Shown here one piece after another: positions 54,641 through 64,000 of a stretch of 64,000 nt of DNA; positions within the stretch are counted from its first letter, which is position 1, and each line of letters starts with the position of its first letter. The notes beneath the pieces were generated by a model, which saw only the letters and a program-made list of their open reading frames with translations, ran no database searches and had not been told where the DNA came from. A program made the translations under genes and the position numbers. Source of the stretch: Paramecium tetraurelia (taxonomy: Eukaryota); the NCBI GenBank assembly GCA_000165425.1, contig CT868002.1, positions 186,001 to 250,000 on the forward strand, read 5' to 3'.

Positions 54641-55080
54641 TCAAGATCTAATTTATGATGTTTTAAATTTAACGGTGGTTTTTTTTTTGTAAACTTTTAA
54701 CAATAACAATTAACTAATTCTTAATATCTGACTTCTTTATTTTAATTGTTTTTAGATAATTTGATTTATAATTTATTTGTATATTGTTATTTTTCTTTAT
54801 CTTTGTACTAGAATTAATCTTCGAAAGCATAAACAATGTCTTTGTCTGTCTCAAGTTTTTATTTGACTTGAATTGGTTCAACTTTTTAAGGCAATTTTAT
54901 TTAATTACAAAATGACAGTGATTTAGTTCTTTACGCTTTTGTTGTTTTGTTGAAAATGGTTTGCAAATATAATTTAGGATCAATATTGGTATTAAGATCA
55001 TAGTCATTATTAAAGATACTTGGTAAAAAGATTTTGTTGTTTGTGTTGTCTACACTAAAGTTTCTCGCCTTTGTTGACAT
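54641..55080 (-). CDS. Small hypothetical basic protein
   Basis: Ciliate-code ORF MSTKARNFSVDN... read to a TGA at 54643-54641; exact frame or intron structure near the 3' end uncertain. Confidence 0.45.
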
Positions 55081-55108
55081 TATATTTATTAATTATTATA
55101 TATATATA

Positions 55109-57140
55109 TCACATATTACAACTAAATTAGGATTGTATATTATTTAGAAAGCGATACAAGTACTCCACGATTCCAATTTCATTTATCTTAAAGAAGATCA
55201 AATTCGTATTCTAATTACATTAACTAATGAGTGCATCAGCTTTGTTAAATTGCTCAGCACAATGATCTCTCTGATCGAATTAATCTATTCAACAATAACT
55301 CAAACAATTACCTAATTGATCATAAATGAAAGCCATATCATAATAATTCTATTGTATCATTGTAATCCAACCAACTTATATGGCAAAGTTGATAGAGGTG
55401 GCATAATACTTAATATTTTTATAAGTACGAGCCATTAGATTCCAAAACTTAGCTTAAATAACACAATTTGATTATGATAATTCATACAAATTTATATTAT
55501 TTAATTTATCTTAAGCTTCCTATATCTAATCTTATTTAATGTTTCTTTCAATTATGTTCAGTTTGTATTCCAGATATTATTAATTCAGATGAAATTACTT
55601 GCATAATTTAATAATCTCCAAATCATTCTCGCCATCCTTTAATAGTTACTTGACTCTAAGCTTAGGATCTCATCATATGAATATCTTACTTTTAATTGGT
55701 GCAATTTGCAATGATTCAGAAATGTATGGATCAGGATTCATTTACAACAATTGCATCATGATCTACTTAATGTACTTAACTGAGATTGGTTCATTGATAA
55801 TTTCAAAGTATTCCAAACATATATTTAAAATGACTAAGATTGATTATTCACTCAAATTATAGGTGGTATCAAAGCATTATTAGAATTGTGACAATGTGTA
55901 CATTGGTTGATGCAAGGATATTTGACTCAAAGCTTCTAATTGAAGAGAAAGAGTCTAATCATTTTAATCGAATTGTTGCAATTAATCAAGTGCATTTTGA
56001 ATCATAGTTGAATTGCCATAATTATTTGCACATACTAATTAGTATGCAGTGATGGACTATTCAATATCTGGACTATGAGACTGTAAAATCTATTTCAAAC
56101 TCTAATGTATTATGTCTTTCCAATTAATATGCTTCTTCTTCAACAATGAATAATTGATTTATTTGTATCTTACTTGTGACCCATATATCAAAGCACTCTA
56201 CAATCTATGTTATGGACTTAACTATTAAGCATGATTCACAGCATATTCTAATAATAGAGTAGCCTATAAAAATGAGCAATCAGTTTACTTATTTTTGATA
56301 ATTGTTGCGATAGGCTATTTCAAAGAGATTGAGCAAACACAAGTTAATACTTTGTTCATCCGATACAGTCTATGACAATCTCAAACCTTCGGATAAACTA
56401 TTCAAAGCTTCATCATAGAAATTCATCTTCATGTTGAGGTAAATGGAGTTCATTATGCAATGATTCACCTTTTTTGGAACAAGACTATTCAATGTCATGT
56501 CATAGTATTTGCGAGAGAACTTTATAGCTCGAAAGGGATATCGTAACAAAGCATATAGGAGGGCTTTCAGAAAATTGACTTTGCAATTCTCATTCAAATT
56601 TGGTTATTCGATTATATGTTTTAGCTCTTCTAAATTTACATAGCTTGAACTTGCTAACAATTAGATTGCATAAGATACTTTGTAATTTAGTAAGCAAGTA
56701 CTCTATGTATGAATCAGTTAAGAAGGGATTGTTTTGCAAATGATTATCTTGACCTTCTCTGAAATCATTCCAAGATTTTAACATTTGATTGAAATCCATT
56801 TGATTGAATAGCAATAGCATATTCCTAAAGAACAAATCAACAACACTGCCTCCTGGAGTTTTCTATTATTATTTTTCACGAAGTGCTGCTATTACAATTC
56901 AATCATTACTTTCTCCAATTATCTTATGGAATTTATTCATTGAAGTAATCTGCAACAATTCAGGTTCGATGTGACTGAGGATTGTATTTTACAATGTTGG
57001 ATTATTAACAATTTCCATGACATCATGTATCTTTTGTAATTTAATTTGAGAGTTACTTTTAAATACTCAGTCAAGAGATCATAAACTTATTGACTAGGTT
57101 TCCTTAATAGGAGGATCAATAAAATGAGGTTGTTGTTCAT
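55109..57140 (-). CDS. APC5: Anaphase-promoting complex subunit 5
   Basis: DLFFRNMLLLFNQMDFNQM and RAIKFSRKYYD...NSIYLNMKMNFYDEALNSLSEGLRLSQTVSDEQSINLCL match the Apc5 TPR-like domain pattern. Confidence 0.72.
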
Positions 57141-57543
57141 TAATTTTTCAAATTTAAAATATTTTATCTAATTAATATTATACACTCTCTATATTATTAT
57201 AATAGTTGTATTTTATAAATATAAGGTTGAGTAGTTTTGGGAGATTAAAAATAAGAGAATTTTTGACAAAATGTAATAGTCAAATGATAGTCAAAATTAA
57301 AGTTAGAATAACTAATCAATAATGTTGATGAATAAATAGTTGGATATGAGAGTTATTGTTATGTTAAATATTTATATAAAAATCTCTGTGAGTATGGAAG
57401 TTGTAAAATGAATTGTGGGTTCATTTGATACAATTTTGTATTAAGTAACCAAAATTCATATTGGATTGGGAAGAGTCAGATGTTCAGTTATGGTAAGTTG
57501 ATTAGAAGAATAGATAAAATATGATATAAATTAAATATATATA

Positions 57544-58939
57544 ATGAATGCTCCATTCCCAGAAAAGATGATAGAGAAATTTGTACAGTTTATTATGTTA
57601 GCTCTTTATAGAATAAGCAAATGGAAGTATTTGTGAAACATGAAGAATTACTTATGAAACAGAGACAAGCATACGAGTAAAAACTTAATAATGTGTTTGA
57701 TCGAAATTTGCAACTGGAAGAGAAGGATAGGAGTATGCATGAACAAGTACGTATTGATTCAAATAGATCTTATCATCAAGATATCAGAATGAATAGTTGA
57801 AAGTATAGCAAGAGAAGTTGAAGCAATTACAGGAATTATAGAAACAAAAGAAAGATAAAAAACAAGCAGCAAATGAGTTATGGTAATTAGAACAGAAATA
57901 ACATGAGAAAGAAATCCAATAAAAGTTGTTTGAAATTCAATAAAAGATCAAGTACGAGGAATTCAAAAGGAAAACCGATGAATTGATGAATCAACTGGAC
58001 GATAATTTAAGGAATCTAAATCTGCGTTATTTAGAGAAACAAGAGAGGAAGGAGAAATACTTAAATGATTTCTTAACTTAAAAGTAATAGACTTTGAATA
58101 CATCCATGCAGATTACTGAATCTCATCATTAAAATGTTTATTCTAATTACTAATAATAAATGAAAAGAATATAAGAAGTAATTAAATTAAATAAATTAAG
58201 ATTTGTTAATTGAAATTGAAAAAATATGAAAATAAAATCAAGTTAATCAATCAATAGAAGTTATCCCAAATTGACTAACTCACCTAGAAGGCTCAACAAA
58301 GTTTTGAACATCAGGAGGGCATCAAATATCGATCACATCAGATATTCCAAAACAAATTGTCGAAGGTACAAAACAAGATGAATTACTTCTAAGACAAGAT
58401 CAACTAAATTGAAAAGAAGAGATTACAACAGTTATAAATGAATTATCTATAGGAGTAGGAGTTGAATCAAAAGAGAAATGATGTTAGAGCCAAATCCGAA
58501 AATATTTATAGGAATAAATCTCTTAACATTCTGAACAAATATTTGGAGAAGGAGAAATCCTTTCAATAGGTGCAATCGTAGAATCAGATTGAATTACAAT
58601 AGAAATTGCAGAGATTAAATGAAAAATGGTAAACACATTAGAATTAAGTTCAAAAGGCTGATCAATTGAAACAATCCTATTTTTCATCATTGGAACAAAA
58701 GATGACCTAGAGAGATCAGAGATTGCAAGATTAAATGTACTAGAATTACCATAAACTATAGATAAAATAAATTGGATGTTCAAAAGAGAAGATTAAAAGT
58801 CATTGAAGATATGGAGAGACAAAAACGAGATCTATTACTTAAATTGGAACAAGACAAAGTTCCATTTACAAATACTTCTGAAATGAAATATTTGTATAGC
58901 ACTCCCAAATAATAGCAATCTAAATTGTTTATTACATGA
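57544..58939 (+). CDS. Coiled-coil hypothetical protein (apparent +1 break near 58770)
   Basis: Q/E/K-rich heptads with three introns. The frame ends at TGA 58804-58806 as written, but coiled-coil-like sequence continues in the +1 frame to TGA 58937-58939. Confidence 0.6.
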
Positions 58940-58960
58940 TTATAACATATTTTTAAATAT

Positions 58961-60247
58961 ATGAGAAAACTTATCTACAAATTTTCAAGACCAACATATC
59001 TTGATTTCTAAGCCACGACTCCTACAGATTACAGAGTTTTGGATGCTATGTTACCCTATCTAACCAATCAATACGGCAATCCTCATAGCAAAACACATTC
59101 ATTCGGATGGGAAACTGAAAAGGCAGTGGAAAAAGCAAGAGCCTCAGTTATTTATTAAACTAATTATATAGATAGCTAACTTGATCAACACACAACCTTA
59201 AAGCATCATTTTTACATCCGGAGCCACAGAAAGTAATAATGCTGCATTAAAGGGTTTATATGGATTTTATGGTAAATAAAAGAATCATATCATTACAACC
59301 CAAACTGAACATAAATGTGTCTTAGACACCTGCAGATACCTAGAGGAAAAAGGAGTTGAAGTTACGTACTTGCCAGTCGATTCTAATGGCTTGATCTCAT
59401 TACAACAATTATAAGAATCTATTAAATCCAACACATTATGTGTCAGTGTTATGCTTGTGAATAATGAAATTGGAGTCATTTAAAACTTAAAAGAGATAAG
59501 CAGAATCTGTCATCAACGCGGAGTATATGTTCACTCTGATATGGCATAAGCTATTGCTAAAATTCCAGTTGATGTTTAAGACCTCGATATAGATTTAGGT
59601 AGTATCTCTGCTCATAAACTGTATGGACCAAAGGGAATTGGAGCCTTATATGTGAGAAGAAAACCAAGAGTTAGATTACAATAAATTATTCATGGTGGAG
59701 GGTAAGAGAGAGGTTTAAGAAGTGGTACTCTTGCACCTCATTTGTGTGTTGGATTCGGTAAGGCTGCTGAGATAGCATAGACTGAATTGCCATATGATAT
59801 TTAACATGTAGATAAATTATACATCAAACTTCTAAATGGAATAAACCAAAGGATTCCTTAAATTCAAATAAATGGATCATTAGAATAACGTTACAAAGGA
59901 AATTTGAATGTTTCATTTGCATTTGTGGAAGGTGAATCTTTACTTATGGCCATAAAATAAGTTGCTGTGTCATCAGGGTCTGCTTGTACTTCTGCTTCTC
60001 TGGAACCTTCATATGTACTTAGAGCTCTAGGAGTCAAGGAAGATATGGCTCATACAAGTCTAAGAATTGGAATTGGGTATTTTAACATCATTATCTATTT
60101 AGACGATTTACTACAGAAAGGGAAATAGATTTCTTAATTGATTAATTGAGTTAAGCTGTCAGTAAACTGAGAGAGATGTCTCCATTATGGGAAATGCATT
60201 AGGAAGGAATTGATATTAATAAGATTGAATGGACTCAACCACATTGA
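58961..60247 (+). CDS. NFS1: Cysteine desulfurase, mitochondrial (NFS1/IscS)
   Basis: [50 protein letters not shown] and [17 protein letters not shown]; two introns. Confidence 0.97.
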
Positions 60248-60265
60248 ATATTTAATTTAATATAA

Positions 60266-61576
60266 ATGTTTAAAGATGCTGCTATCTTGTGTTTACATGA
60301 CAAAAGATATAAATTTCAAGTGGAAATTCGTCGCCAGAGAACTGAAAGTGTGTTTCAATAAAAGAGAGCTATAATAGTGCATAACAAGGTTAAGAAGTTG
60401 GAGTAATATCAAGGACCTTGAATTGCTTGCTTAATTTTCATTAGAGTGTTTCAACCGCAGAGAATACCAGGAAAGCAAAGATTACTTAAAGAAGTTAATT
60501 CATTATGCGGATTCAGAAACAAGTGAAAACTTAAAGTCATTGAATACAATCAATCATCTAAAAGATATTGCGTAGACTTGTGATTCAGAATAGTTTTGTA
60601 TGATTTTGGATATATTTCTTAAAATTTGTCTACCTCAATGTTTAAGTCCTTAGTTGTTGAACTAGGTACAGGAATTATAAAGTATTGAAATTGTTAATCA
60701 ATTTATTACATTATTATAAAGAATAGTTTATATGAATGAAATAGATTAATTAATTGAACAGCATAATATAATTTAATACTTGTTGGATATAACAATAGAA
60801 TTGGATGATTTCAAAGAATGGTTTTAAATTATTGAATAGTTATGCAATTATCATTCAAAACCTTCTCTTTACGTAAATTAAAATTCATTTTCAAATAGTT
60901 TAAGAACCTTATTATTCCTTGTTTAAAATTATTACAATACGATTCAAATCAAGTCACTCTACAAGTGATTGAAAGTATGTGCAATTGCAAAACAGATAGA
61001 AGAGGAGCGATCAATTATTTGCTTATCATTCCAGGATTCATTGATTTGTTGATAAGTAACCTCTCTAAATCCTTCAATATCATCAGCCATATCATTGAAT
61101 AATCTGATGATGGTACAAGTAAATTAATTTCGATGGACTTGTTTATGAAATTGCATAAATTATTAGAAGCAGATTAATCCTTAAAAACTACATTCATTTA
61201 TCTCATTCTCTTAATATGTTTTTACAGAACGGACACCATCATACATATACTTATTGAGTCATAACTGTTTTATAGTATTCTTGCATTAGATGAATAAACT
61301 TTACAATATGATGATTTAATATTGATAAGCCGAATGCTTCTTTATTTAATTAGGAAATATTCTAATGAATCCTTCTATCTGTATTTAATTTAGAAGACCT
61401 TATTTATTAACATGTTAGGATAGTTGCTGAATAAATTTGAACTACAAGAAGTTTATAATAATACGATACATTCAATCATTCATATGGCATTTTCATAATC
61501 GATGGAATTTTCCAAAATATTTAGACAAGTAATGATTTGATCCAATTAATTAGAGTATTTTAATGAAACCTGTTGA
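60266..61576 (+). CDS. Divergent importin-alpha-like (IBB + helical repeat) protein with an apparent +1 break near 60400
   Basis: IBB-like KRYKFQVEIRRQRTESVFQQKR at the N-terminus, followed by leucine-rich helical repeats; TGA at 61574-61576. Confidence 0.55.
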
Positions 61577-61635
61577 GGAATAATTATAAAAGAATAAATC
61601 AAAAGATGCAAACATTGATGATAAAATATACGAAT

Positions 61636-62160
61636 TTTTAAATATTACATATAAATGAGATGCATTGCTATTCAATTATAAATTATATATGACTCATAGT
61701 GAGTATATGCTTAAAAGAAGAGGGAAGAAAAGGAACTCCTCTTATTCTTTTAATCTTTGATCATTGTTCTCTATCTCTTGAACCATTTAAGAATCCTATT
61801 TGTACATCTAAGGGTCATATATTTGATATAGCCAATATGGTACAATTTATTAGATAAGACCAAAGAAATCCAATCTATGGATACTTTCTTAAAAATAATG
61901 ATTGAATCATAAACTAATAAATGGCAATTTCACTATGCAATAAATATATATATGTTTAAAGGATATCAAACATTTTATCAAATAAATTACCAACAAAGGT
62001 GCTGAAGTGACAATTAAAATTAATTAAGAATCCCTTTCAGAGATAAAATTACAATTAAATTATAAGAAAAGGAGCTAAAATTATAGGTTAGTAAAAGTAA
62101 GGAATGAATGCTGAATATAACCAACAATAGCAACTTAAATAAAAGGTTTTGGACTGATAT
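61636..62160 (+). pseudogene. PPIL2: PPIL2/Cyp60 (U-box cyclophilin) pseudogene fragment
   Basis: KLYMTHSEY...GKK, then a frameshift, then FDHCSLSLEPFKNPICTSKGHIFDIANMVQFI...NPIYG, then an in-frame TGA near 61903; no cyclophilin domain follows. Confidence 0.75.
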
Positions 62161-62252
62161 TTAATTTAATTTAGTAGTATATATTATTGTAAAATTAATA
62201 TTAGTCTTTTGATAGTTGGTTATGATAATTAAAGTATTGATATATATTTAGA

Positions 62253-64000
62253 TCATGTCATTTTGCATAAGACATTACCCATATGATGTATATTATTGCT
62301 AGTTAATTTTTGGGTTGTACTCAATAGGTTAAATAAATTATTATTATAGAATTTAATGACTGCTTAGTGTTATTTCAATTCTTTTAACTGAAGCATTTTA
62401 AAGTCATTGGATCTAATCACATCATCTCTTTAGAAACTAGAGTAATGTTGATTAAATTATATAGAATTTTTGGAGACAACTTATCTTGATAAAATCTTTA
62501 GGTTATTAAATGATTACCTTTTTATAAATCTGTAATTCGGCCTTGTGATTTTTTAATTCTTGTAATTTGGTTTATCTATTTTGGATTTCTAATTGTAACT
62601 CTTAATTTTTCAGGACTTTATCACAGAATTCAATCCACTTTGGATTTTGATAAGGATTGTCGATTCCTAAATCTGTTAATTGGTTTAGCAGATCTTAGGT
62701 GTGTGAATCACAATTCAATTATTTTAAAATGTTGTCTTCGACTTTTTCAGATTTCAAGCGAACAAACTTAATCTTGATCTCGTTTCCACTGTTGCTGACT
62801 TCAGTATTAGAATGAACGGCATTAATTTACTACAAATTTAAATGTTTCTTATTTGTATCTAAAAAATAAGAATTTTCTATATTTGAAATCATACCTGGAG
62901 ATGGGGGTATATTTTAGAAATAGGTTAATCTCCTCGATGCTTCTAATTAATGTTAAAGCTATTTTTTTTCTTATTAAACTTTTTTTGTTTCTATTTTGGA
63001 TTTTTATTTAATTGATTAAACTTTCTCACCCAATTCCCTAATTATAGTAATTTATTCAGTAATCAATTTATCCAAATTCTTTGAATGCTTAACTAATTAT
63101 TAGGCCCTATCTTCATTATAGTCCTGATTCTATTAACACAATTTCCAAACGATATTCATTCTTTTCATTTCCAATTACACCACCGATAGATTCTCTTATT
63201 GCTTCTTCAATTCTTCTGATAGAAATTTGTTGATCTCCAAAGTTTTCTGAGTTTCCCCATTTAATTCTTCAGGATACATATTCTATTTGATGGTGGTATA
63301 ATCTTTCAATCTATTTTTTAACACCTAACTAATGTTATCAATCAAACAATTACTTCTAATAAATAATCTAATCTAATTTCTTTTGGAATTGAACTTTCTA
63401 TAAACTTGGCAAAGAAATCTTCTTGCTCAGACTCCTCTCTGTTTTATTGTGTTCAGAATCTGCCCTTGTTTTTAAAATATTAGTGTTCCTAGTTGTATCC
63501 AAAGGACTAAACTATCTCAATCGAATACTCGAATTAATAGAAGGTAATTTGGTTGCTAAATAAAATAAATAACAATAGAAATTACAATTGTGATCCTTCA
63601 TCTATTTGGTCTACTTGGCAATCAGAGCCAACTTTATAGCTTTCTAACTAATTTGCAATTCTTCTGACATAGGTATATTATTTGTATTGTAATAGTCCAT
63701 TAATTTTGAATAGTTATTCTTTTGAGTCAATGCCAACCAAGGAAATTGAACCCATATCCACCTCTTGTAATAGTAATTCTATTGATTCCTTGTATTCGTT
63801 ATGATTTTGTCTAAGATATACTCTTATTTTGTATTAATATATTCCTACACTAGATTTTAATCGAATTGACTGATGTAATAATTAATAAAGAAATCTCGAT
63901 TGGCTTTGATATCCATATTCAAAGTTTCGATGTTACCTTGTTATTAAGGGAAATAATCTTCATTCATCTATTTAGTCTTCTTTTTTGCAATCATCTTCAA
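62253..64000 (-). CDS. Hypothetical protein, 3' part (starts beyond the window)
   Basis: Q/E/K-rich coding-like minus-strand sequence with tiny introns (about 62861-62895 and 63547-63583); probable TGA at 62255-62253. Confidence 0.5.

Noticed and set aside
57250..57540. Extra upstream exons or a small gene before 57544
   Set aside because: Frames close at TGA within about 30 codons and nothing recognisable is encoded.

Overview
This is gene-dense, very AT-rich ciliate macronuclear DNA, most likely Paramecium. TAA/TAG read as Gln, TGA is the only stop, and genes are interrupted by tiny (about 20-30 nt) GT..AG introns. The supplied standard-code ORF track therefore fragments real genes and reports many antisense artefacts. 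Re-reading by eye in the ciliate code gives about 35 genes. Recognisable ones are an ABCC transporter (3' part), two protein kinases, phosphoserine aminotransferase, glutamate dehydrogenase, SMC1, a CNBD K+ channel, a LENG8/Thp3-like SAC3 protein, RPN7, a CEP19-like protein, PI-PLC, a MUL1-like RING ligase, Ap4A phosphorylase, a cyclin, an HTH protein, two kelch proteins, APC5, NFS1, an importin-alpha-like protein and a PPIL2 pseudogene. The most striking structure is a 339-bp perfect inverted repeat (37999-38337 / 41557-41895). Each arm is almost exactly one complete intron-containing gene for a 91-aa SMIM4/UQCC5-like membrane microprotein, and the two arms flank a convergent cyclin + HTH gene pair. 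Other oddities are an ATGA stop/start overlap, back-to-back stop codons, an 18-nt head-to-head spacer and four apparent +1 frame breaks. All coordinates and protein identities were derived manually; no database searches were run.
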